From NCBI GenBank assembly GCA_031288975.1, contig JAITQK010000066.1, positions 1 to 40,056 on the forward strand: 40,056 bases of DNA, given 5' to 3'. The position numbers and the translations under genes are program-made. Source of the stretch: Treponema sp. GTDB lineage: Bacteria > Spirochaetota > Spirochaetia > Treponematales > Breznakiellaceae. Shown here piece by piece: positions 1 to 8,157 of this stretch; position 1 is the stretch's first letter, and each line of letters begins with the position of its first letter. The notes beneath the pieces are model-generated. The model did no database searches and was not told the origin of the DNA. It was given only the letters and a program-made list of their open reading frames with translations.

Positions 1-246
1 GGGTTTCTGTTGCCATGGTTTTCTCCTTACTCTCAGTCTACTCCACTTTCTCTCCGCCTGTCAAACCCCTGCAAAAAAGACGCGTGGTCTGGGTGAACAC
101 GTTCGCCACAAACCACACGCCTTCTCTGTGCGCTGCCATAATGGTACGCTTTGCTTTCTCAAATACCTAAGACAAAAAGGTGTTAGCCCTCGATACCGTT
201 TTTTTGTCTTTCGACAATAGGTTAAGCGGTATGGTAAAGGAAGATT

Positions 247-340
247 AACCACTAAGTTACACGAAGTTGCACAAAGTATTCCTTTCTCTAGTTTACGTTG
301 CGATACTTTGAGGTGTTTTTTCTTCTTAATCGGTTGTCAT
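247..340. repeat. Direct repeat copy A (~75-90 bp). Head 'aaccactaagttacacgaagttgcacaaagt', tail '...gatactttgaggtg...ttcttaatcggTTGTCAttg'
   Basis: 31/32-nt identical head plus a similar tail recur at 3644-3715. The tail alone recurs at 1406-1456. Contains a -35-like TTGTCA (334-339) 16 nt before TAAAAA (356-361). Confidence 0.7.
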
Positions 341-384
341 TGCTTTATGTACGGGTAAAAACACTTTATTGAGGCCTGTGGATG

Positions 385-1001
385 CCTCATTGTCTTCTGA
401 GAATAGGTCATTGTCTTCTGAGAATGGGTCATTGTCTTCTAACAATGGGTCATTGTCTTCTAAGAATGGGTCATTGTCTTCTAAGAATGGGTCATTGTCT
501 TCTGAGAATGGGTCATTGTCTTCTAAGAATGGGTCATTGTCTTCTAAGAATGGGTCATTGTCTTCTAAGAATGGGTCATTGTCTCCAGACAACGGGTCAT
601 TGTCTTCTGAGAATAGGTCATTGTCTTCTGAGAATAGGTCATTGTCTTGAGACAATAGGTCATTGTCTTTAGACAATAGGTCATTGTCTTTAGACAATGG
701 GTCATTGTCTCCAGACAATAGGTCATTGTCTCCAGACAATGGGTCATTGTCTTTAGACAACGGGTCATTGTCTTTAGACAACGGGTCATTGTCTTTAGAC
801 AATGGGTCATTGTCTTTAGACAACGGGTCATTGTCTCCAGACAATGGGTCATTGTCTTTAGACAACGGGTCATTGTCTTTAGACAACGGGTCATTGTCTT
901 TAGACAACGGGTCATTGTCTTTAGACAACGGGTCATTGTCTTGAGACAATAGGTCATTGTCTTGAGACAATAGGTCATTGTCTTGAGACAATAGGTCATC
1001 C
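385..1001. repeat. Tandem repeat array: 21-bp unit 'RggtcattgtctNNagaNaaY', about 29 head-to-tail copies, in two subfamilies
   Basis: Read directly. Copies 1-12 are 'gggtcattgtcttctRAGAAT'; copies 13-29 are 'gggtcattgtctttagacaaY / ccagacaat / tgagacaat'. No spacers. Stop-free in several frames on both strands: the table ORF 326..1024(-) reads the 7-aa repeat 'DNDPLSK', and ORF 382..672(+) reads 'GHCLLRM'. Confidence 0.9.
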
Positions 1002-1048
1002 ATAGGTGTAAATGGGGCATCCACAGGTGTAAATGAAGCATCCAGAGG
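1001..1048. repeat. Short tandem repeat, ~20-bp unit 'catccayaggtgtaaatgrrg' x ~2.3, abutting the 21-bp array
   Basis: Read directly: 'cataggtgtaaatggggcat ccacaggtgtaaatgaagcat ccagagg'. Confidence 0.5.
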
Positions 1049-1405
1049 CCAATATACGGCGTCTTAGCCCAGTATGAGCATAAGAATGTATGGGATGGGA
1101 GTATTGTTCGTCGTGTGCAGACTGGCCACATACAGGTCCGCCTATTACTCACGCACCTTACACACAAGAAGAAGACAGTCCGCGAATTACGCGAATTAAC
1201 GCGAATTAACGCCAAGCAATCTTGTCTTATTCGTGAAAATTAGTGTAATTCGTGGTCTCTTTTCTTCGTCTTTCGGCATCATGCGTACCATGCTGAAACG
1301 TTGACGGGCAGGTGGCATAGGCTATGATTAGGGTGAACGGTGGAGTTCTTCCTGAATGACACCGGGGAAGAAATCTAGGTCTTGAGACAATGGGTCATTA
1401 TCCTT

Positions 1406-1456
1406 CGACTTTGTGCTACTTTGTGGTTGATTTTGTTCTTAATCTGTTGACATTGA
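1406..1456. repeat. Third, partial copy of the A-repeat tail. It is preceded by an orphan 21-bp repeat unit at 1379-1404 and carries TTGACA at 1446-1451
   Basis: 'cgactttgtgctactttgtggttgattttgttcttaatctgTTGACAttg' matches 'cgatactttgaggtgttttttcttcttaatcggTTGTCAttg' at 301-342. Confidence 0.55.
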
Positions 1457-1569
1457 TAGTCTAACGGTAATGGATACCGTGATTAGGGGATGAGGCAAGG
1501 ACCTGCTCACATAACGCAAGTCCTCGTTCCTCATTCCCCCTAAAACACCCCGTCCTCAAAGCGCTGTTT

Positions 1570-1609
1570 CTTTACATAAAAAAGCTTGGGGGGCTATAAG
1601 CCCCCCAAG
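1570..1609 (-). terminator. Rho-independent terminator downstream of the caspase-FGE gene
   Basis: The minus strand reads 'gcttgggggg-cttatag-ccccccaagc' (10-bp GC stem, 6-nt loop) followed by 'ttttttatg'. It sits about 110 nt past the stop at 1718. Confidence 0.7.
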
Positions 1610-1717
1610 CCTCCCGCCTCATGTTTATATGCCGGCCCTCCCGTGCTGCTGCTCCATGCCCCCTGCCGTCCCGGCTTGGTGGGGGCATGTTGCCGCAGCT
1701 ACTGTGCTGGGCCTAAC

Positions 1718-3586
1718 TCATAAACCGGGGCGGGCTAGGCGGAAACCGAGGCTGTTGTACCGGAGAGACGGGGTGCTGCTGTTCCGTAACGCCGAGCGCA
1801 GGTACTGGCCGCTGTTGTTCCAGCCCCCGCCGCGTTCAACGCGGTACGTGCCCGAGGACGCGCCCAAGGGATCAGTCTGAGCGCCGCTCGAATAACTCCC
1901 ATACCAATCCCAGCACCACTCCCAGACATTGCCGTGTAGGTCGTACAAGCCCCACGCATTCGCCGCAAAACTACCCACCGGCGCAGTATTTACATACCCA
2001 TCCCGTATATTGACGATAGTCCAGTCAGGATTTCTTTCTTTTGCAGTTAGATCCGCTACATTCGCTTTCCCTGCCAGCGATTCCGCCGTGGACCCGCTAT
2101 TATACGCCGTCGTTGTTCCCGCACGGCAGGCGTATTCCCATTCAGCTTCAGTGGGCAACCGGTAGCCATTGGTGTTCCGGTTCCACGTTACATTAGTGCC
2201 AGACACCGTATACGCAGGCGTCAAGCCTTCCTTGCGGCTCCGGGCGTTGCAGTATTCCACCGCCTCAAACCAGCTTACCTGCTCTACCGGCAGGTTGTCG
2301 CCCTTGAAAGAGCTGGGATTCTTCCCCATAAGCGCCGCGTATTCCTTCTGCGTTACCTCGTACTTCCCCATATAGAAAGAACTCACCGTTACCCGATGCT
2401 GAGTTTCATCACTATCCCGCCCCGTCTCCGACGCCAGACTTCCCATCATAAACGTCCCGCCGTTGATCCGCACCATGTCGTTGGGGACATTCGGCACAGC
2501 GGCGACAGTCAGTACCGTTACCACCGGCGACTTCCCGCTCTCCTCACTCCCCCTCACTGTAGACACCCAGAAGTAATAGGTTGTCCCGCTTGCCATACCC
2601 GTTACGTCCATGGATGTTCCGGTTGCCAGATTCCCCAAGGTACTCGCACGGGCTGGATCATTCTGCGTGTTGTAATAGACCTTGTAATTCACCCCAGACC
2701 CTGCGCTGTCCCAGTTCAGCGTTACACGGTCCGTGCCCGAGGTTCCCGCCCGCACATTCCGGGGAGCCTGGGGAGCTTGGGGCGCCATTACCACCCGCGC
2801 TGGCGCTGGTTGTGGAGCAGGCGCTGGCTGGGGCGCGGTCTCGCCCAGATACACGCTTCCAAAGAACTGGTTGTACACGGCGGGGATCTGTTCCCGGTTG
2901 CTGGCACTGGATACATCAGCGCCGGTACGTCGGAACACTTCGCTTACCTCAAGCCCAGGTGTTCCCAGATGCTTGAGCAGTTGGCTGGTAAACAGACCGT
3001 TCCGTCCGGTGCCGTCTGCAGCGGTTTTCCCTGCGCTGGTGGCATATACCACGATGCTGTCCGCTGGCTGACTCCCTATCACCTGTAAACCCCTCGTCCC
3101 GGTCCTGCCCCAGCTAAAGGGATTGTCCCGACACGCATCCAGCACCACGATGTTGAGGGCGTTCCCCGCGGCGTTCAGTTCGTCCAGCACCGCCTGTACG
3201 TGCAGCGCCTTGGTACGAAGGAACGACTCAGCTTTGATGTCCGCGTACACCGGGATCAGGTAGTTCTGCCCATTGGACTGCACCCCATGCCCGGCATAGA
3301 AGAAAAAGCCGTAGGCGCTGTTACTGGCGCTCAGGCGGTTCTTCATGCGGATTACCGCGTTTTCCATACGGTCAAGGTTGCCGTCCAGCACTTTGTCCAC
3401 CTGAAACCCCAGCCGCTGTAGGGTTGTGGCTATATCATTGGCGTCATTCACCGGGTTATTGAGCCGGGTAACGCTGGTATATGCCGCGTTCCCGATAACC
3501 AGGGCATATTTCTGCTGCGCCGATAGCACCCAGAGGGGGAAACATGCCAGGGCCAGGAAAACCAAAAAAGTCTTGAGTGAAGTCAT
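1718..3586 (-). CDS. Secreted multidomain protein. Signal peptide, caspase-like (peptidase C14) domain, Pro/Ala-rich linker, fibronectin type III domain, and a C-terminal formylglycine-generating-enzyme (FGE)-sulfatase / SUMF1-type domain
   Basis: Start trimmed to the ATG at 3586, which has AAGGAG 7 nt upstream. N-terminus 'MTSLKTFLVFLALACFPLWVLSAQQ' is a signal peptide. Caspase His/Cys dyad motifs 'YAGHG' and 'LDACRDNP'. Linker 'APQPAPAPQPAPA'. FN3-like 'TLNWDSAGSGVNYKVYYN...YYFWVSTV'. FGE-sulfatase motifs 'RINGGTFMMGS', 'YEVTQKEY', 'GYRLPTEAEWEYACRAG', 'GNVWEWCWDWY', 'RGGGWN'. Confidence 0.8.
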   Translation of the reverse strand: MTSLKTFLVFLALACFPLWVLSAQQKYALVIGNAAYTSVTRLNNPVNDANDIATTLQRLGFQVDKVLDGNLDRMENAVIRMKNRLSASNSAYGFFFYAGHGVQSNGQNYLIPVYADIKAESFLRTKALHVQAVLDELNAAGNALNIVVLDACRDNPFSWGRTGTRGLQVIGSQPADSIVVYATSAGKTAADGTGRNGLFTSQLLKHLGTPGLEVSEVFRRTGADVSSASNREQIPAVYNQFFGSVYLGETAPQPAPAPQPAPARVVMAPQAPQAPRNVRAGTSGTDRVTLNWDSAGSGVNYKVYYNTQNDPARASTLGNLATGTSMDVTGMASGTTYYFWVSTVRGSEESGKSPVVTVLTVAAVPNVPNDMVRINGGTFMMGSLASETGRDSDETQHRVTVSSFYMGKYEVTQKEYAALMGKNPSSFKGDNLPVEQVSWFEAVEYCNARSRKEGLTPAYTVSGTNVTWNRNTNGYRLPTEAEWEYACRAGTTTAYNSGSTAESLAGKANVADLTAKERNPDWTIVNIRDGYVNTAPVGSFAANAWGLYDLHGNVWEWCWDWYGSYSSGAQTDPLGASSGTYRVERGGGWNNSGQYLRSALRNSSTPSLRYNSLGFRLARPGL

Positions 3587-3613
3587 AGAATACTCCTTCT
3601 TAGTATGATAATT

Positions 3614-3627
3614 CCAGTATACCACAG
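3614..3627 (-). promoter_or_regulatory. Extended -10 promoter element (TGgTATACT) about 30 nt upstream of the caspase-FGE start
   Basis: Minus strand reads '...gctgTGgTATACTgg...aagaaggagtattctATG'. Confidence 0.4.
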
Positions 3628-3643
3628 CAATTCAGAAGAAGAA

Positions 3644-3715
3644 AACCACTAAGTTACACGAAGTCGCACAAAGTTTTTTTTTCCTTTGTGAAACTTAGTG
3701 ATACTTTGTGGTTTA
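3644..3715. repeat. Direct repeat copy A' ('aaccactaagttacacgaagtcgcacaaagt ... gatactttgtggt'), matching 247-340
   Basis: Side-by-side reading of both regions. Together the two copies bracket about 3.4 kb holding the tandem array and the caspase-FGE gene. Confidence 0.7.
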
Positions 3716-3831
3716 TTATTCGCTTTCAGAGTAAATGCCGCCGCCCTGCACCTTCCCCATGGTGGACTTGTCAAAGCTACGGACTTGGGGCACAATACCT
3801 GAAAAATCGAAAATACCCGAAAAGAGGAACC

Positions 3832-4386
3832 ATGCATCGTACGTTGACGCTTGAAGAACAAAAGACCCTCCTGGCCAGTGCGCGGGAGACTATCGCCGCC
3901 AGGCTGGAAGGGCGGCAGCCCGTATACCCCCAGGAAGGCGTTGGCCTGGCCCAGCCCTGCGGGGCCTTTGTCACCCTCCATATTGGAACAAAGCTCAGGG
4001 GCTGTATCGGCAGGATGAGTGCCCCCTGGGGCTTGGAAAAAACAGTACGCCTCATGGCAGCGGCAGCGGCCTTTGAAGACCCCCGGTTTCCTCCCCTCAC
4101 CGCTGAGGAGTTGGGCCGCTGTCATATCGAAATATCCGCCCTGTCTCCCATGGAACCCTGCGCTGATCCCCGGTCCGTGGAAGTCGGGGTCCACGGTCTC
4201 TACCTCACCCACCAGGGCAGGTCCGGGGTGCTGCTCCCCCAGGTCCCGGTTGAACAAGGCTGGGAGCTGGATGCGTACCTGGATTATATCTGTGTTAAAG
4301 CCGGGCTGCCGCCCCAGGCTTACGATGAACCAGGGGCACAGCTCTACACCTTTACGGCTACGGTCTTTGGGGAGGATGCGCCATGA
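3832..4386 (+). CDS. AMMECR1-domain protein (AmmeMemoRadiSam system protein A-like)
   Basis: Start trimmed to the ATG at 3832 (AGAGGA RBS). Conserved 'CGAFVTLH...LRGCIG' AMMECR1 core. Its stop overlaps the next start (ATGA at 4383-4386). Confidence 0.75.
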   Translation: MHRTLTLEEQKTLLASARETIAARLEGRQPVYPQEGVGLAQPCGAFVTLHIGTKLRGCIGRMSAPWGLEKTVRLMAAAAAFEDPRFPPLTAEELGRCHIEISALSPMEPCADPRSVEVGVHGLYLTHQGRSGVLLPQVPVEQGWELDAYLDYICVKAGLPPQAYDEPGAQLYTFTATVFGEDAP

Positions 4387-6596
4387 ACACGGTCCTTACC
4401 GAATCTGCGGGCCGTTACGGCTACGACTTCATCACGACTCCCTATCTTCCCCCTGGGGAGGATGAATACTACCTCCGCAACCGCCAACTAGCAACGCTTT
4501 ACTCACCCACGCGGCAGGAGGGATACCGGCACCTCACTGCTGATGAAATCAAAGTCCTGGAAACTAACCGCAACTCCTGCGCCGCGTGGGAGCATGTCTG
4601 GGTGCGGGAGCGTTTTAATCCCCAGTTGATCCAGGATTGTCTCTTTGCAGGACTGGTGAGGATCGGCAACCTGGGCGGGGGCATACTGAGGTATCACGAT
4701 TACACCCTTCCGGTGGGCATCACCCGCAGCCGCGTCATATCCTGCGACATTGGGGACAATCCCGCGCTCCATGATTGTCATTACCTTTCCCATTACATCA
4801 TTGGCGACCAGGTCATCCTCAGTTCGATAGATGAAATGGATACCACGAATCATTCAAAGTTCGGCGCCGGGGTCATCAAGGAAGGGGAAGATGAGAGCCT
4901 GCGGGTGTGGATTGAGCCGCTGAACGAGGCGGGCGGACGGGGTATCCTGCCCTTTTACGATCTTATCTGTGCTGATGCCTATCTCTGGACTGTGTACCGT
5001 GAGGATCGGGAACTCATGGCGGCTTTTAAGGACCTTACCCAGCGTTCAGTTGATGCGCGCCGGGGGTATTACGGGGTGATTGGCCACGGGACCGTGATCA
5101 AGCACTGCCTCACCATCAAGGATGTGCAGGTCGGCGACGCGGCCTATATCAAGGGTGCCGGTAAGCTGAAGAACCTCACCATCAAGTCGGACCTTAAAGA
5201 CCCTACCCAGATTGGTGAAGGGGTAGAACTGGTGAACGGCATTGTCGGGTACGGGTGCCGGGTGTTTTACGGGTGCAAAGCCGTGCGCTTTGTGCTGGGT
5301 AATAACTGTAACTTGAAATACGGCGCACGGGTGATTCATTCGATTCTGGGGGATAATTCAACGGTTTCCTGTTGTGAGGTCCTCAATAACCTGGTGTTTC
5401 CTGCCCATGAACAGCACCACAACAACTCCTTTCTCATTGCCACCATGATCATGGGCCAATCCAACATGGCTGCCGGCGCCACTGTGGGTTCCAATCACAA
5501 CAGCCGGGGCAATGACGGGGAAATCATCGCTGGCCGGGGCTTCTGGCCTGGTTTGTCGAGCACGCTGAAACACAACTGCCGCTTCGCCAGTTATACGCTG
5601 ATTGCCAAGGGAAACTACCCTGCGGAACTGCATATCCCCCTGCCCTTCAGCCTGGTTACCAACAATGCGGATACTACCCGCCGGGAAGTGATGCCTGCTT
5701 ACTGGTGGCTGCACAACATGTATGCCCTTGAACGGAACAGTTGGAAATTCCGTAACCGCGATAAACGGATCTTCAGGAAACAGCATATTGAAATGGCCTA
5801 CCTTGCCCCGGATACCGTGGCTGAAATCATCCATGCCCTGGGTTTGCTTGAGGAATGGGCAGGCAGGGTCCAGCTCCCCGCCTGTACTGATGCTGAGGAA
5901 TTACGCCGCGTGGGGCGGGTCATGCTGGAGGATGAATCCGTTTCCCTCATGGTGGGGAATCGCACGCTGGAACGTTCTGTCCATAAGGTTCGCATCATCA
6001 AACCGGCCCAGGGGTACCGGGCCTACCGCGAAATGCTCTGTTACTACGGGGTGAAGACACTGCTGGAATTTCTTGCCCCTCCTGATACAGGGGATTTTAA
6101 CCGTTTCCAGGAAGCGTACCCCGAACCCATTGCCCTGGGCTGGGTTAATCTCGGAGGGCAGCTCGTGCCTGAAGCAAAGGCCGATGCCCTGCGCGGGGCA
6201 ATCTGCGATGGAAGGCTTGCCTCATGGGAGGCGATTCATGCTGAATATGAAAGACTGTGGCAGGAATATCCGCTGGACAAGGCCCTCAACGCGCTGCAGG
6301 TACTCCGTTTCCTGGAGGCTCCTCACCAGGATAAGGCGACAAACAGCGCCCTGGTGATCAACACCGGGCAATGGAACCGCCTTATCGAGCGCAGCATCAG
6401 TATCCGCCGCACTATTGAAGCCCAGGTCTATAAAACCAAACTCAAGGATTACATGGATCCGTTCCGGGGGATTACGTACCGGAACCAGGATGAACAAGCC
6501 GCGGTGCTGGGCAACATCGACGATAATCCTTTTGTCATAACAGCGCAGGAAGAAAGCGCACGGTTTTTTGCCCTTGCAGAACAGGGTAAAGGTTAG
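4383..6596 (+). CDS. Large conserved hypothetical protein (737 aa) with hexapeptide / left-handed beta-helix-like repeats. Possibly DUF4954-like
   Basis: Long ORF translationally coupled to the AMMECR1 gene. Repetitive 'GxVIxxxxxI/V' segments such as 'GHGTVIKHCLTIKDVQVGDAAYIKGAGKLKNLTIKSD' and 'VLGNNCNLKYGARVIHSILGDNSTV'. The family assignment is from memory only. Confidence 0.55.
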   Translation: MNTVLTESAGRYGYDFITTPYLPPGEDEYYLRNRQLATLYSPTRQEGYRHLTADEIKVLETNRNSCAAWEHVWVRERFNPQLIQDCLFAGLVRIGNLGGGILRYHDYTLPVGITRSRVISCDIGDNPALHDCHYLSHYIIGDQVILSSIDEMDTTNHSKFGAGVIKEGEDESLRVWIEPLNEAGGRGILPFYDLICADAYLWTVYREDRELMAAFKDLTQRSVDARRGYYGVIGHGTVIKHCLTIKDVQVGDAAYIKGAGKLKNLTIKSDLKDPTQIGEGVELVNGIVGYGCRVFYGCKAVRFVLGNNCNLKYGARVIHSILGDNSTVSCCEVLNNLVFPAHEQHHNNSFLIATMIMGQSNMAAGATVGSNHNSRGNDGEIIAGRGFWPGLSSTLKHNCRFASYTLIAKGNYPAELHIPLPFSLVTNNADTTRREVMPAYWWLHNMYALERNSWKFRNRDKRIFRKQHIEMAYLAPDTVAEIIHALGLLEEWAGRVQLPACTDAEELRRVGRVMLEDESVSLMVGNRTLERSVHKVRIIKPAQGYRAYREMLCYYGVKTLLEFLAPPDTGDFNRFQEAYPEPIALGWVNLGGQLVPEAKADALRGAICDGRLASWEAIHAEYERLWQEYPLDKALNALQVLRFLEAPHQDKATNSALVINTGQWNRLIERSISIRRTIEAQVYKTKLKDYMDPFRGITYRNQDEQAAVLGNIDDNPFVITAQEESARFFALAEQGKG

Positions 6597-6844
6597 AGGT
6601 TAGCCGTGCTGCGTTTCTTACGATAACGCTCATAGCGTTCTTCACCGACACATTGTTTTGCATAGGCACACCAACTAATGCAGGACTGCATATTATTGTA
6701 GGCGATGAATCCACAGGTACAGGGGACCTGCATATCGCAAGAAAACAGGTCAATCTCTGCGCCGCACTGGGGACAGATTCTGGTTTCCAGGGTGGGCGTT
6801 CCCCGTATGGATGCTGCGCCGGGGCATTGGTAGGCCGTCAGCAT
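6593..6844 (-). CDS. Small cysteine-rich (zinc-ribbon-like) protein
   Basis: 83 aa with 'CPQCGAEIDLFSCDMQVPCTCG' and further Cys pairs. Overlaps the ferredoxin gene end by 7 nt (same operon). Its stop overlaps the convergent 737-aa gene stop. Confidence 0.5.
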   Translation of the reverse strand: MLTAYQCPGAASIRGTPTLETRICPQCGAEIDLFSCDMQVPCTCGFIAYNNMQSCISWCAYAKQCVGEERYERYRKKRSTANL

Positions 6845-7416
6845 GGGATGTTTTCCGTGCTGTTCTTTTTATCAATGATAGTTCCCTCAATCGAAAGTAC
6901 CGTTATCTGGCAGGGGATTTTTTTCCCTGAGTTGTGCAGCGCACTTGTAACGGCGTATTCGAGACCACCGCAGCAGGGAACCTCCATTCTAACCACGGTG
7001 ATGGACGCGATGGGGTGAGCGCTGAAAATCGCGGTGAGTTTTTCATGATACGCCGTATTATCAAGTTTAGGACAGCCGATGAGGGTTATTCTGTTGTCTA
7101 TAAAATCCCGGTGGAAATGAGTATAGGTGTATGCGCAGCAATCGGCGCTCACTAAGAGGTGGGCATTGGTAAAATAGGGCGCTGCTATTGGTACCAGTTT
7201 GAGTTGTATGGGCCACTGCCCCGGACTCTGGGTGGTTTCCATCCTGATGGCCCCAACCGGACAGACCGGCAGGCAGTTACCCAGTCCATCACACTGCTCC
7301 GTTTGGAGCAGCACCGCTTTGCCCTCCTGGATCCCGATTGCCCCTTCATGACAGGCGGTGACGCATAAGCCGCAGCCGTTACACTGGTCCTGGTCTATGG
7401 TGATTATTCGTTTCAT
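6838..7416 (-). CDS. 4Fe-4S dicluster ferredoxin-domain protein with a Cys-rich C-terminal domain
   Basis: Two CxxCxxCxxxC(P/H) motifs: 'CNGCGLCVTACHEG' and 'CDGLGNCLPVCPVG'. C-terminal domain has 'CCAY', 'GCPKL', 'PCCGG'. RBS AAGGAGA lies before the ATG at 7416. Confidence 0.7.
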   Translation of the reverse strand: MKRIITIDQDQCNGCGLCVTACHEGAIGIQEGKAVLLQTEQCDGLGNCLPVCPVGAIRMETTQSPGQWPIQLKLVPIAAPYFTNAHLLVSADCCAYTYTHFHRDFIDNRITLIGCPKLDNTAYHEKLTAIFSAHPIASITVVRMEVPCCGGLEYAVTSALHNSGKKIPCQITVLSIEGTIIDKKNSTENIPC

Positions 7417-7430
7417 ATTGAATGTTCTCC

Positions 7431-7444
7431 TTGATCAGTATCAT
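7431..7444. promoter_or_regulatory. FNR/Crp-type half-site palindrome TTGAT-N4-ATCAt, immediately upstream of the ferredoxin gene RBS and downstream of the crp/fnr gene
   Basis: 'ttgatcagtatcat' matches the FNR consensus TTGAT-N4-ATCAA at 9/10 positions. Confidence 0.4.
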
Positions 7445-7491
7445 ACGTCATATCACGGTCTGTGTATGTTGCAACGGCAACACCTGCGGTA

Positions 7492-8157
7492 TTATTTGTC
7501 CAGAGCATAGAGGGTGTAGGTGTTTTTCTGATAGTCCAGCAGTCCTTCCCCTTTCATACGGGCAAGTTCCCTGGTCAGGGCGCTTCGGTCAACACCAAGA
7601 TAAGCTGCCAGATCCACTCTTCCCAGGGCAAGGGTAATGGTCGTGGTTCCCGCGGCCTGGGCTTCCTGGGACAAAAAGGTCAGGAGCTTCTCCCGAATCG
7701 ACTTCTTTGAACTGATATCCAGTTTCTCAATAAAGCGGATGTTTTTCAGTGCAATGAGGGTCACCATGTTTTCAATCATCCGCTGGTGAAAGGTACAGGT
7801 TTTTGAGCAGGACCGCAGCACCCGGTTGAAGGGGAGAAAGAGAATAGTCGAATCAGCGGCAGCCTGAAAGGACACATTTGCCGCAAAGGTCTGGCTGCAA
7901 ATAAAGGATTCGCCGAAAAGCTCTCCCTGGCGCAGCACCATGAGGATCGATTTCCCTCCCCAGAGGTCCTCTTTTATCATGTGTACACAACCGGTTTCTA
8001 TGACCCCGATACAACGCAGGGTATCCCCGGAAAGGGAAATAAAACTGCCCTTATCATAAACAGCGTGCCGGGCGCCCAGACAGGTCAATACCCCGTGCAG
8101 CTCGGATTCATTGATGTGTTCAAACAGGGGAAATCCGCGTAAGCGCAAAAGATTCAT
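7492..8157 (-). CDS. Crp/Fnr-family transcriptional regulator (cNMP-binding domain plus C-terminal HTH)
   Basis: C-terminal '[34 protein letters not shown]' HTH and an N-terminal cNMP-binding beta-roll. Its start overlaps the mnmG stop (ATGA). Confidence 0.8.
   Translation of the reverse strand: MNLLRLRGFPLFEHINESELHGVLTCLGARHAVYDKGSFISLSGDTLRCIGVIETGCVHMIKEDLWGGKSILMVLRQGELFGESFICSQTFAANVSFQAAADSTILFLPFNRVLRSCSKTCTFHQRMIENMVTLIALKNIRFIEKLDISSKKSIREKLLTFLSQEAQAAGTTTITLALGRVDLAAYLGVDRSALTRELARMKGEGLLDYQKNTYTLYALDK

Noticed and set aside
61-252. 63-aa minus-strand ORF
   Set aside because: Basic low-complexity peptide in an AT-rich intergenic region with no RBS. The region more likely holds the promoter of the gene at the left edge.
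385-1001. Possible CRISPR array
   Set aside because: The 21-bp units are directly abutting with no unique spacers, so this is a minisatellite-type tandem repeat, not repeat-spacer architecture. No cas genes are present.
2396-3088. 230-aa plus-strand ORF
   Set aside because: Antisense to the caspase-FGE gene. Arg/Pro-rich junk translation.
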